A stretch of DNA of 33,111 bases from Octopus bimaculoides (Eukaryota), in NCBI RefSeq assembly GCF_001194135.2, contig NC_068985.1:53554696-53587806 (forward strand). Direction: 5' to 3'. The position numbers were made by a program, and so were the translations under genes. This document shows, one piece after another, positions 1 to 11,281 of this stretch; the stretch's first letter is position 1; each line of letters opens with the position of its first letter. The notes under the pieces are model-generated. The model did no database searches. It was not told the origin of the DNA and was given only the letters and a program-made list of their open reading frames with translations.

Positions 1-267
1 CAGTGGGAGCGGGTAAAAATGGAGGTTTTACCCAAAATTTGTATAACAATTAGAAAATGGTGGATAATATGCTGAACCCAACTACTTGCAGACGGTGTAT
101 CCCGTTGAATTCATTAATTTAATTCATAGCAAAAGTGACAAAAAAAGAAAGAAAAAGAAAGAAAGAACCAAAGCACAGGTGTTCATGGCAGACTATGTTA
201 TTTTGCCAACCTGGTTTACATATAGAAGTACAAAGTATATAAGGAATTAGAGGATGAACAGAAGTTT

Positions 268-348
268 AATCTTACAGCTGTTTCGGCCTAGTTTTAGCAA
301 GCCCCATTCTATCCGAATATTCCTTTCCGGAGTGATTATCGGATGACA
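268..348 (-). ncRNA. Decayed type I hammerhead ribozyme-like motif
   Basis: Minus strand reads tgtcat-CCGATAA-(51 nt)-GAAA-CAGCTG-TA-agatt. The 3' half and the spacing match the 26.5 kb motif, but the CUGAUGA box has two substitutions. Confidence 0.45.
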
Positions 349-354
349 TTTTAC

Positions 355-387
355 AGATAGACAGACAGACAGATAGATAGATAGACG

Positions 388-431
<44 letters not shown>

Positions 432-437
432 CATACA

Positions 438-466
<29 letters not shown>
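355..466. repeat. Compound (GACA)n(GATA)n(TACA)n microsatellite
   Basis: Directly visible. Confidence 0.95.
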
Positions 467-468
<2 letters not shown>

Positions 469-512
469 GTATACATATATATGTTTGTGTATTTGTGTAT
501 TTGTGTGTTTAT

Positions 513-673
513 ATGTCGGGCTTCTTTCAATTTCCACCTACCAAATTCATTTACAATGCTTTGGCCACTCCAGTGCTAAGTTAGAATTCCCCAAAGATAC
601 TGTGCAGTGGGACCGAACCCAAGATCATGTGGTTGGGAAGCAAACTTTTTTACCACAGAGGCTTGCCTGCGCC
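513..673 (-). mobile_element. tRNA-derived SINE family A, 5' half
   Basis: Reverse complement matches the head GGCGCAGGC..TGGTAA..AGTTTGCTTCCCAACCACATG..GGGTTC.GTCCCACTGC shared with 3947, 23021, 24446 and 28174. Confidence 0.85.
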
Positions 674-833
674 TTCGTTTTGTTTTTAATTTCCTTTACA
701 TTGATCCCCTTGTGAATGACGTACATCACAACGTCAAATCTATTTAGGCAAATTCCCCATTCTGCAAGAGATCATTCAGCTATTTAGCAAACAAACTAAG
801 GCAATTCATTTAAATAAACAATCGTGAGAGTAA

Positions 834-932
834 GCAAGAATTGGCAGAATGGTTTAGCGTGTCGGGCAGAATGTATTGTGTTAACTGTTCCCGTTCTTCG
901 CGCTTTTGAGTTCAAATTCCGACGGATCACAT
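834..932 (+). mobile_element. SINE family B, decayed 5' part, cut by gap
   Basis: tggcagaat...ttagcgtgtcgggc...gagttcaaattccg matches the family B head. Confidence 0.65.
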
Positions 933-1740
933 NNNNNNNNNNNNNNNNNNNNNNNNNNNNNNNNNNNNNNNNNNNNNNNNNNNNNNNNNNNNNNNNNNNN
1001 NNNNNNNNNNNNNNNNNNNNNNNNNNNNNNNNNNNNNNNNNNNNNNNNNNNNNNNNNNNNNNNNNNNNNNNNNNNNNNNNNNNNNNNNNNNNNNNNNNNN
1101 NNNNNNNNNNNNNNNNNNNNNNNNNNNNNNNNNNNNNNNNNNNNNNNNNNNNNNNNNNNNNNNNNNNNNNNNNNNNNNNNNNNNNNNNNNNNNNNNNNNN
1201 NNNNNNNNNNNNNNNNNNNNNNNNNNNNNNNNNNNNNNNNNNNNNNNNNNNNNNNNNNNNNNNNNNNNNNNNNNNNNNNNNNNNNNNNNNNNNNNNNNNN
1301 NNNNNNNNNNNNNNNNNNNNNNNNNNNNNNNNNNNNNNNNNNNNNNNNNNNNNNNNNNNNNNNNNNNNNNNNNNNNNNNNNNNNNNNNNNNNNNNNNNNN
1401 NNNNNNNNNNNNNNNNNNNNNNNNNNNNNNNNNNNNNNNNNNNNNNNNNNNNNNNNNNNNNNNNNATAGGTACATTGGTGACGAGGTGGATTTGTATTGA
1501 TTGGAATGTAGTCAGGGCCTCAAAGAGAAATTTTATGCAACAAAACAGCACCGTTTCCGGCCCCTGAAGTGGAACCTTCTCCATGTTCAAGTTAGTTGTG
1601 ATTATTTTCTTTTAGAGAGAGCGTGTGTGGGGGGGATGGGATCGTCAGTTGATCACAGACTCCTCCTTCACTCTTTTAGCCTCTTATACGTTCCCTCTTA
1701 TACCTCCCTCTTATACGCTCAATTTTCTATATCCATCAGG

Positions 1741-1874
1741 ATTACTCTTTTTGCCAGCTTAGTGAACTGAAGCATCGTGAAATGAAGTGCTTTGTTCCAG
1801 AACACAACGTATGGGTCAAGGAATTGAAACTACAATCTTTGATCATGAGTCCAGCACCCTAACCACTAACCACG
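1741..1874 (-). mobile_element. SINE family C, 5' part
   Basis: Reverse complement has cgtggttagtggttagggtg...gtttcaattcc...ttgtgttc...cacttcatttcacgatgc, shared with 16151 and 21670. Confidence 0.75.
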
Positions 1875-2182
1875 TTAGTTCAAGTGCGTATACTGATTGA
1901 AGATTTGATATATGTTTTGTCTATAAACATTTGTGAAGACTTTAAAACGGTTACACATAGAGTTAAGTTATATAAATAACTCTGTAAAACCTCTTAATAA
2001 ATATGAGGAATATCCAAATCCAGACATCATTTTTGCTTAACTATTAATTAAGGAACTGGTAAAATGATACCAATTTTAAAAACATTCCGTCAGAATTTAA
2101 GTTAAGAAATTCGCTAAAAATGTGAATTTGTTGTTCAGCAAGTCCGAGTTTGGAAATAACTAGTTTAAAATAACTTGATTTG

Positions 2183-2362
2183 TACCAGATTTGAAAGCAC
2201 GTAATACGCACTTTTTTCCCCAAAACTAATCTCAAAAAATTACTATGGGTCCTACACGCAAAGTAAAGCCTCCCATAAGGTTTGCTGCACTAAAAACATT
2301 TTTTTCCCGAATGTGTGCTGCTGAAGTTGGGAATGCGTTTAATATACCCGTGAGTCATTTAT
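2183..2362. mobile_element. Possible decayed Tc2/pogo-like MITE
   Basis: taccagatttgaaagcacgtaatacgcac at the left and tgcgtttaatatacccg at the right loosely resemble TACCGTATTT..GCGTATAAGACGCAC-type termini. Confidence 0.3.
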
Positions 2363-2528
2363 GCCATTAAATAAAGGAATTCATTTTACTAATCAAATGT
2401 GATAGAAAACAAACTGATTATAGAATACCAAAACTGACAATATAGATATCCTTTCATGCAGAGAAAGTCAAGGATTCCTAACACTGTTTCCAAGAGAACG
2501 AATTAAAAATATAACCTTATTTACTTAC

Positions 2529-3006
2529 TGTATGTAAATGGTCTGCCCAAGCTTTTTCTTTCAAAACTTGTCTTCATATCATGTCCCACATCACTGATAG
2601 TATCAACACTACTCTGCCTTGATCTCCGTAAAGTATCTTTCAGCTTACAACGATATTCTCCATCTTTAAGATTTCTGCTGCAATTGCTTAACTCACAGCT
2701 ATGTCCGAATCCAACTATTTGGTTTACAAAAGAAGTACTCCCATCGTAAGTTGGCATGTCTTCACTGAAGCTAGCTCTGCGACTTGTTTCGTGGCTTCCT
2801 TTCCACACAACATGGTTCCAACCATTTACATCGCCGCATAGAAATGCTGCGTTATTCGGTCGTGGGTCCATTCGTACTAAGTTGGACTCAGGTGAAATGT
2901 TGGCATAGACAATATTTTCTTGGTTCCGTAATGTAGATCTTTGGCTTATTTTACCAGGCGTAACACCTGCTTTAAAATTGCTTGCACTAGATGCACCAGT
3001 TCCCAT
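2529..3006 (-). CDS. First coding exon of an uncharacterised host gene (159 codons plus 1 nt; N-terminal MGTGAS motif); gene continues leftwards
   Basis: Stop-free, non-repetitive frame MGTGASSASNFKAG...KSLGRPFTY. ATG context is gaaATGG. A canonical donor A|GTAAGT follows at 2528-2523 (minus). A candidate upstream acceptor cttaac...cacttctcag| puts the exon start at 3037. Confidence 0.8.
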
Positions 3007-3946
3007 TTCAAATATTTTGTTTTCTATTTTATTATAGCTGAGAAGTGTGGTTAAGTTTAAGTTTCTGGTTTGCTCTGAAAGAAATAAAAACGAACGTCCG
3101 TGTTGAAGAGTAAATTCCGAATGAGAGCTATTCGGACCGATTCACAAAGTATTCGAATACCTCACGTGTCAACTCTGCTGAGCTCCGTTGTCCAACTGAA
3201 ACAACAAGTTAAAACACGTGAGAAGTACAAATTATTTTGTCAACACGACAGACTAAAACAAGTAATTCATTCGTTGATTTGTGTTTTGGTTTGAAGCAAG
3301 AGTAACATGACAATTGAACGTGGGAAAATAGTCCGAGTAATGCTTGTTATTGCTTTTAAAACAAACTAATTTTAATATCAAGTTTAAAGATGGGAAAAAA
3401 ATAGGAAAGATTTTTTAATGAAGTCTTTAGTAGGAAGTGTAGAGAGTAGAAAACGAGGAAAGAAACGTGATAGGAAAATTTTCATTTTTCCATCTTCTAC
3501 ATTTTCTGGACAACATACTAGAAACTACATAACATGCTGTTAGCGTTGTAAAGCATGTTTTAGGTTAAAATATTTTCTCGCCACTGTAGCATATTTCTAA
3601 AGATCAGAATAGATACTTATTGAAACAGAGATAACTGAAGAGATTGATGAGTATAGGGGCTAGTTATGTAGTTCATTGTTTGGGTGCAATTAAACAGATA
3701 ATTTCAGAATAGGTAACCTTGTTGGTTTGAAGTAACTGAAAGTGCCTTCACACGTGGTATGTATGGATAGTACTTGGTGGTGAAATCTTGTAGAGAAAAA
3801 AGAGAGAATTTCAGGGAGATTTAGCAGAATTGTGCTGCATAGAGGATATATGAACAAAAAATATGGAGGCTTTCTCTACAGAAGAACCCAATGGTTTGGC
3901 ACCAGAATTCAGCAAATCTTTCAACTGTCTAGCATATAGGCCCCTA

Positions 3947-4353
3947 GGCATGGCTGAGTTGTTAAGTAGCTCACTTTGCAACCACGTACTTTTGGGTTCA
4001 GTCCCACTGCGTGGAACTTTGAACAAGTGTTTTCTGCTATAGCCCCGAACCAACCAATGCCTTGTGAGTGAATTTGGTAAACAGAAACTGTGTGGAATCC
4101 TGTCGTATAAATAGATAGATAGATAGATAGATATGTGTGTGTGTGTGACTTTGTGTCTGTGCTTATCCCCTACCACCTCTTTTTACTACTGGTGCTGGTT
4201 TGTTTACGTCCCCGTATATTAATAGCGACCAACAGAATAAGTACCAGACTTAAAAAATAAGAACTGCGGTCGACTTGTTTGACTAAAAATTCTTTCAAAG
4301 CGATGCCCCAGCATGGCTTCAGTACAATGACTAAAACAAATAAAAGATAAAAG
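3947..4353 (+). mobile_element. SINE family A, near full length, with internal microsatellite
   Basis: Has the head, the central gtgagtg.atttggta module, a GATA/GT microsatellite, the aataagtacc...gtcga module and the ccagcatggc...aaataaaagataaaag tail. Confidence 0.9.
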
Positions 4354-4550
4354 CAACAATTCACTTATTGGTCTATCAAAACAACCCGCTTATGTGTTCA
4401 ATCTTTCTGTCATCTCTTGAACCAGTTGTTTCCTGTTAGAAAACACAATCACAGCGTGTGTCAATGGAACTCTTTCTGCCCCATACTCAATAAAATCTAG
4501 TGTACCTGGGGGTTAGATTTATTCCCCGCTCTCTTGCTCCTGTATATCCT

Positions 4551-4766
4551 TTCTACTATAGGCACAAGGCCTGAAATCTTTTCTGGTGGGGTGAGGTGGG
4601 ATGGTGTTCTAATGAATTTCATCGACCTCAGTATTCAACTTATTTTATCGACCCGAAAGGATGAAAAGCAAAGTCAACCTCGGTGGCATTTGAACTCGGA
4701 ACGTAAAGACGGACGAAATGCTTAGCTGCATTTCGTCCGACGAGCTGACGATTCGGCTAGCTCACG
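4551..4766 (-). mobile_element. SINE family B (central domain resembles the Deu/Nin SINE domain)
   Basis: Reverse complement contains gagttcaaatgccaccgaggttgactttgcttttcatcctttcgggtcgataaaataag and the tail gccttgtgcctatagtagaa. Confidence 0.9.
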
Positions 4767-4770
4767 GTCT

Positions 4771-4960
4771 ATGTTTTTTCTATATATCAATGATCTATTT
4801 GCCATCACATGCAATAAGATCCACTCTTAAGCAACTAATATGACTCTTCATTCCTCTCGAACCTCTTTCAGCCACGCATCATCACACGCCAATCATGCAA
4901 TATTTCCATGAACGGACGCTTTAAAAGCGTCTTCCAGTGGAATCATGCTACTCCTATCTC
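4771..4960 (+). mobile_element. LINE reverse-transcriptase fragment (CR1/L2/Jockey-like), decayed
   Basis: Translates as MFFLYINDLFAITCNKIHS*ATN, the LF.LYINDL...YADD region with YADD destroyed, followed by KSVFQW. Confidence 0.6.
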
Positions 4961-5355
4961 AGAGTTTTTTTGTTTTTTTTACCCTTCTCCAAATCAAAGG
5001 CAACCAAAAGGTTGTGCTGCTCTTCAAACAGTAACTGGTAGACTGGTGATGGACTTACTCCAGAGATATGGTAAGGAGACCAGTCGGCTTGTCTCCATGA
5101 TAAACTCATTACTGAGTCTGGTATGAGTTTAGCCTAAGTCCGCAAGCCACCTTGTCACAGTGTGTCACTACGAGATTGGGGCTTGTTGTAGAAATTATGC
5201 CCTGGCAAGGAAAGACTTACCATTTAGAATTGTTGGCATCCGGTGGTGAAAAGTCCATGATAACAAGAAGATGAACGTAGTTCACTTTGCTGACTCACAA
5301 AACGTACCACAATAACCTTTTCAAAACTAAAAGTGTGTATATACTATATACGAGC

Positions 5356-5948
5356 AAAATAGCTAGTTCTAAAATCTCTAAATGAGATTTAAGAATGTAA
5401 CGATACTGAACAGCAAAGTTTATTTGCCAACGTAAGGCGGTTGTCCTACGTAGAATTATGTTACTACCTATTAACCCCAGAAAAACATCTTTTCCAACTG
5501 GTTATCGACACACGATCTGTGTCTGGTATACTGTGAGCGAGGGATCGTACTACTCCTCTCTAGCTATTAACAGTACCAGCAGACCATTGTTTCTGGGTTA
5601 TTTCCCATTCTCGGTACTGGATAACTGCCGGCTAGAGATGGCAGTCGCTCGACCTTACTCACAATATATAAGCAGAGAAGTGACAGACAGTCGCTGATCC
5701 CGTCACAAGTAAAACAGCTAGTTTTAAAATCTCTAAATGAGATTTAAGTAGTAACGATACTGGCCAGTAAAGTTTATTTGCCAACGTAAGGTGGCCGCCC
5801 TACGCAGAACTATATTACTACCTTTTAACCACAGGAAACAGGAAAACATCTTTTCTAGCTGGTTATCGAGCTAGAGGGGAGTAGTACGATCCCTTGCTCA
5901 CAGTATATCGGATACAGATCGTGTGTCGATAACCAGATGGGAAAGATG
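5356..5948. repeat. Local duplication (5356-5565 / 5711-5869) with an inverted distal segment (5869-5948)
   Basis: Direct alignment of about 150 bp. Segment 5869-5948 is the reverse complement of 5486-5565. Confidence 0.9.
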
Positions 5949-5952
5949 GTTA

Positions 5953-6550
5953 TATATAGCGACTGATGATGAAAAATGAATTTTTATGAAAATGTTAAAC
6001 GACGCAGGTAATAGTTATGGAGAACAGGCTAAAGCACAACCCAAAAGGGACCTCCATGCAAAAAAGGTTCTTTCTGTTTGGTAGGATTGCATTGGAGTCA
6101 TCCACTTTGAGCAGCAACTAACTAATGCAACAATTACTACTCACACCTATTGTCAACAATTAGATCGTTTGGATGCTGCTTTGAAGAAAAGGCCCTATGT
6201 TACAAACATTACATCAGAAAAAATCGAAGAACTTAGCTGCGGAAAAAATCCCTCAGTCGCGTTATTCGCTGGACGTCGCTCCTTCTGATTACATTTGTTT
6301 CAAAGCTTACATTTAGATGGATTAGTACTCAAAAGTCCCAAAGAGGTCAAAACTGACATCTCTTCCTACTCATCAAAACCAAAAGAGTTTTTCACCAATT
6401 GAATAAAAAAACTTGATGAGTAGATGGAAGGGAGTCGTCGATAACGATGGAAATTATCAACAGGATTAAATTTTGGTGAAATGTAAAATTAGATAACTCT
6501 TTTTCCTTATTCAAAATTTGGAAAATATTTATGGGATGATTGAAACTGTA
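5953..6550 (+). mobile_element. Mariner (DD34D) transposase 3' remnant, pseudogenised
   Basis: Broken frames IATDDEK*IF, KKVLSVW*DCIGVIHFE, YCQQLDRLDAAL and YSLDVAPSDY match the mariner motifs TGDEKW, WWD and YSPDLAPSDY. Confidence 0.9.
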
Positions 6551-6829
6551 TTACTTATTTTTCATAAGATCTCTCTTCTAATGTTCTGTAAAATTAATAT
6601 TAATTACATGACATCATAGGCTTCAGACTTTTATTGTCGGAATTAGCATGAGACGATAAGCAGTGGCAGACGACACAAAAAAATCTATACCAGAAAAGTA
6701 ACACGAGCTGTTGCATCCTTTTCGGTGTAATATTTTAACATTTTTCCGATAAAAATGCCACGAAGACAATTCTTTTCCTGTAAAAGCTGATAACGAATAG
6801 TTTTAGATGCTAATAAATATAATAAATGC

Positions 6830-6831
6830 TA

Positions 6832-6912
<81 letters not shown>

Positions 6913-7157
6913 NNNNNNNNNNNNNNNNNNNNNNNNNNNNNNNNNNNNNNNNNNNNNNNNNNNNNNNNNNNNNNNNNNNNNNNNNNNNNNNNNNNNNNNN
7001 NNNNNNNNNNNNNNNNNNNNNNNNNNNNNNNNNNNNNNNNNNNNNNNNNNNNNNNNNNNNNNNNNNNNNNNNNNNNNNNNNNNNNNNNNNNNNNNNNNNN
7101 NNNNNNNNNNNNNNNNNNNNNNNNNNNNNNNNNNNNNNNNNNNNNNNNNNNNNNNNN

Positions 7158-7209
<52 letters not shown>

Positions 7210-7222
7210 CATATATATATAT
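6830..7222. repeat. (TA)n/(CA)n/(TG)n microsatellites around a gap
   Basis: Directly visible. Confidence 0.95.
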
Positions 7223-7260
7223 AACCTGTCGTAGAAACTTAATGCAACGTAGATCTTTTA

Positions 7261-7340
7261 TCTTTTATTTGTTTCAGTTATTTGACTTCGGCCATGCTGG
7301 GGCACCGCTCGAAGAAAATTTAATGTTGGAAAATTTCAAC
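7261..7340 (-). mobile_element. SINE family A 3' fragment
   Basis: tgtttcagttatttgacttcggccatgctggggcaccgc is the reverse complement of the family A tail. Confidence 0.7.
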
Positions 7341-7359
7341 CCTTTTCTCTTCTTCACCT

Positions 7360-8180
7360 CACAAATATCCCGCAGCCAGGATACACAGGATGTGGAGGAA
7401 TTGCAATTCTTGTGTCACAGCCTGTACATGACCCGGGGTCATTGATTAATGATGTATTTTTTCAGGAACACATTACCAAGACAGCAATGAGATGTACAAA
7501 AGGATGGCATGATCGATCGTGAGATCATTCTGTGTGAGAGAGCAAGAATGCATGTTGCGTTTGTGAAGATCATTGTTTTCCTCGGCCGCCTCGAGTACTG
7601 CTTAGAATTTCGGTCACCAAACAGTCTTAAACTAACAGCAGAGCTAGAAACAATCCAACGATGCTTCACAAAAATGATTGCGTCGAAGCAACAGCTAGGT
7701 TACTGAGAGAGGTTGAAAGTATTAAAATTCTACTCCCTGAAATGAAAACGGACAAGCTATGTAATGACCGATATTTGGAAGATCCCTGAAGGGCTCATGC
7801 TAAACTTCGATATTGAGTACTATACCAATTCCCGAACTGGCCGTCACTGCATAGTTCCGAGGGTCCTAATTTTCTCATCGACAAATCAACGTTCGATACT
7901 GCAACAGCCTAGGGTTCCAAGAGCCACAGTTTTTTAATATCTTGTCAAAAGAACTGAAAAATCTCCACGAGATGGATATAAATGTATTCAGAAAGTCCCT
8001 GGATAATGTACAACCAGACGTTGTTGACGAACCAATGTCACAGCAAGAAATGAAGCTGCAGTCAACAGCATCAAACTCCCTCATTCATCAAAAGTTAAAG
8101 ACTATAGAAGCTGCACTAATTGTATGAACACTGCTCCAATATGGCCGCAGTCCTAGAGGTGATCTAAGAATAAAAGATCA
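7360..8180 (+). mobile_element. CR1/L2-superfamily LINE ORF2 C-terminal remnant and 3' end
   Basis: Broken frames RLEYC..FRSP...ELETIQRCFTKMI...GY*ERLK.LKFYSL, IWKI.EGL and FNILSKELKNL...FRKSLD...DEP...SNSLIHQ match post-RT motifs of this clade. Confidence 0.85.
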
Positions 8181-8859
8181 TATATGAGCGTGCGTGAAAT
8201 GTAAGTATNNNNNNNNNNNNNNNNNNNNNNNNNNNNNNNNNNNNNNNNNNNNNNNNNNNNNNNNNNNNNNNNNNNNNNNNNNNNNNNNNNNNNNNNNNNN
8301 NNNNNNNNNNNNNNNNNNNNNNNNNNNNNNNNNNNNNNNNNNNNNNNNNNNNNNNNNNNNNNNNNNNNNNNNNNNNNNNNNNNNNNNNNNNNNNNNNNNN
8401 NNNNNNNNNNNNNNNNNNNNNNNNNNNNNNNNNNNNNNNNNNNNNNNNNNNNNNNNNNNNNNNNNNNNNNNNNNNNNNNNNNNNNNNNNNNNNNNNNNNN
8501 NNNNNNNNNNNNNNNNNNNNNNNNNNNNNNNNNNNNNNNNNNNNNNNNNNNNNNNNNNNNNNNNNNNNNNNNNNNNNNNNNNNNNNNNNNNNNNNNNNNN
8601 NNNNNNNNNNNNNNNNNNNNNNNNNNNNNNNNNNNNNNNNNNNNNNNNNNNNNNNNNNNNNNNNNNNNNNNNNNNNNNNNNNNNNNNNNNNNNNNNNNNN
8701 NNNNNNNNNNNNNNNNNNNNNNNNNNNNNNNNNNNNNNNNNNNNNNNNNNNNNNNNNNNNNNNNNNNNNNNNNNNNNNNNNNNNNNNNNNNNNNNNNNNN
8801 NNNNNNNNNNNNNNNNNNNNNNNNTAGTGTATTCTGAATAAATGTATATGAATGTTTTT

Positions 8860-9029
8860 TGCCTAATTTTATTTGCATGAATATATGTGTACATTTATAT
8901 ATGTATATATGCATATACGTATGTATATATATGTATATACGTACGTTATTTATGTATGTATATATATGTAGGTAAGTATGTATGTATATGTGCGTCAGTG
9001 TGTCTGTGTATGCACGTATGTATTATGTA

Positions 9030-9079
<50 letters not shown>

Positions 9080-9415
9080 TGAGTGTGTGTGCCTGCGTGT
9101 TTCCTGTCGTACCTGGTTCAAATAGTAACACGTGAGACATCACGTGGGAAAACAAGACTATTTCTGCTGGAGTGTCTCGTGTCAACGCATGAGGACAATC
9201 AACAAAGACGACTACGACGACGACGATGACGTCAATAACAACGACAACAACAACAATAATAACAATAAGTGAATACGAGATCAAAGCTAATTAAGTAGGT
9301 ATTCTATTATTGGAAAACCGAAACATTCTATTAATTAATAAGTGTGCGTGTATGAGTGTATGTATGTGTGAAAGAGAGATGAAGAAGAGAGAGAGAGAGA
9401 AAGAAAGAGTGAGAA

Positions 9416-9480
<65 letters not shown>

Positions 9481-9655
9481 TACACACATGCTCATACACG
9501 TTACACAAATAGGTATGCGTATACACAAGAGCACGTATAGAAATGCACACACAAATACACGTACATAAAGACATGTGTCTGTGTCTGTATTCATGCGTTT
9601 GTTTGTGTGAATATGTGTGTTCATGCGCACGCACGTGTGTGTGCGAGTTTGTATA

Positions 9656-9686
<31 letters not shown>

Positions 9687-9801
9687 ACGGATCAAAACTA
9701 ATGAAGTAGACATAAAACTGATCTTGTTGAACACGCACACACACACACACAAACACACACACACTCACACACATATATGGGTTTGTATGTATCTGAGTGT
9801 A

Positions 9802-9850
<49 letters not shown>

Positions 9851-9872
9851 TGTGTGTGTGTGNNNNNNNNNN

Positions 9873-9966
<94 letters not shown>

Positions 9967-10141
9967 AGACAGATAGACAGACAGCGACACAGAGAGATTT
10001 AGTGGAATAAACAGAAATAGAATTCGATATGTAGACGTGTGTGTGTGTGTGTTTCTACATATATGTGTGTGTGTGTGTGTGTGTGTAAATATTATATATA
10101 CACATACGATTGTAAATTCATGCACAAACACGTACACATGT

Positions 10142-10178
<37 letters not shown>
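8860..10178. repeat. Large microsatellite and low-complexity field (TA, TG, GA, CA, ACG/ACA)
   Basis: Directly visible; explains the HT, CV and RE-rich spurious ORFs. Confidence 0.9.
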
Positions 10179-10182
<4 letters not shown>

Positions 10183-11130
10183 AGTTACAAAGTTACATAA
10201 GTAACTCGAGGGTCAATAGTTTCTTGCATTAAGAGTAATGCACGAAACTCTGATCCTTTAAGTTACTTATGCTCTTTTAAAACCGATAATGAGTTTGCGC
10301 ACGCGTGTCTGTGTGTAATTTATTCATGCTATCTTATATATAATACTACTATTTTTAAACTGGTATCGGGTGCAAACACGTGTGAATTTACATACTGATT
10401 TGCATTTTAACAGCAGCAATCGAACTTGCGCAGCAACGTTCACATTTAAAATAAATGTAGTCACGTGATTCTCTATATACTGGATAAATTGCTTGCAAAA
10501 GATGCTGGTAATTTTCTATCGTTCCATCGGAATTGTCAGTTCAGAAGATGATTTATGTTGAGCATCATAGTACAGTACTCTAAGGCCAACTGTCACTCGT
10601 GGATAGATAATATGTACCATGCCTTCACTAATTGCTTTAGGTGGAATAAGACAATGTGGTGCAGCTGTCTGGGCGCAGTTGATTTGGCACGGCTGACTAA
10701 ACATTCAGCCTATTTTTGCGACATGGAAGCAAATACGCATGCACGCTCGCGCAAAAATATACATATAAAGTGAGAGAGGGAGAAAGAGAGAGAGAGAGAA
10801 AAAAATATTACAATTTGTTTATTGAACACTATTGACAGAAACACTTTCCCTCTTCTCAAATACAAAGAAATATTCTCACACACTCATAAACAGAGAAAGG
10901 GGGAGGGAGAGAATGAGAGAAACATTAAAACGACTGATGTCAAATACGTCAGTGTTGAATCAGTGACGTCCAATTGGTACCGCCAAAACAGCAATGACAA
11001 AATGTCTCATACCTTTGATTTAGAGGCTATGAAAGTGTGAACAGACGTAGACACCTCGGCTTCATTATTATTGATCTAGCAGTCACACTTTCGATGTCAG
11101 CGTTGGAGGGAAAGAGCCCGCATCAGCATC

Positions 11131-11281
11131 CGGCTGGTACTCGTTTGCACCTGAGTAGACTGAGGCTACGGGAAATGAAGTGATTTGCTTAAAGACACAG
11201 CGACACAAAGACACAGTCCAGGAATTGAACCCATGAACTTATGGTCATGATCCGAACATCCTAACCACCAGGCTACACGCC
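11131..11281 (-). mobile_element. SINE family C-like copy
   Basis: Reverse complement has the tRNA head gcgtgtagcctggtggttaggatg...gggttcaattcc and the cttcatttc...cagtctactcaggtg body. Confidence 0.75.

Noticed and set aside
3863-4042. Short ORF MEAFSTEEPNGLAPEF...
   Set aside because: Half of it lies in a SINE; no splice or homology support.
10516-10773. Overlapping 62-aa and 72-aa ORFs in unique DNA
   Set aside because: No recognisable motifs or flanking splice sites; lengths are compatible with chance.
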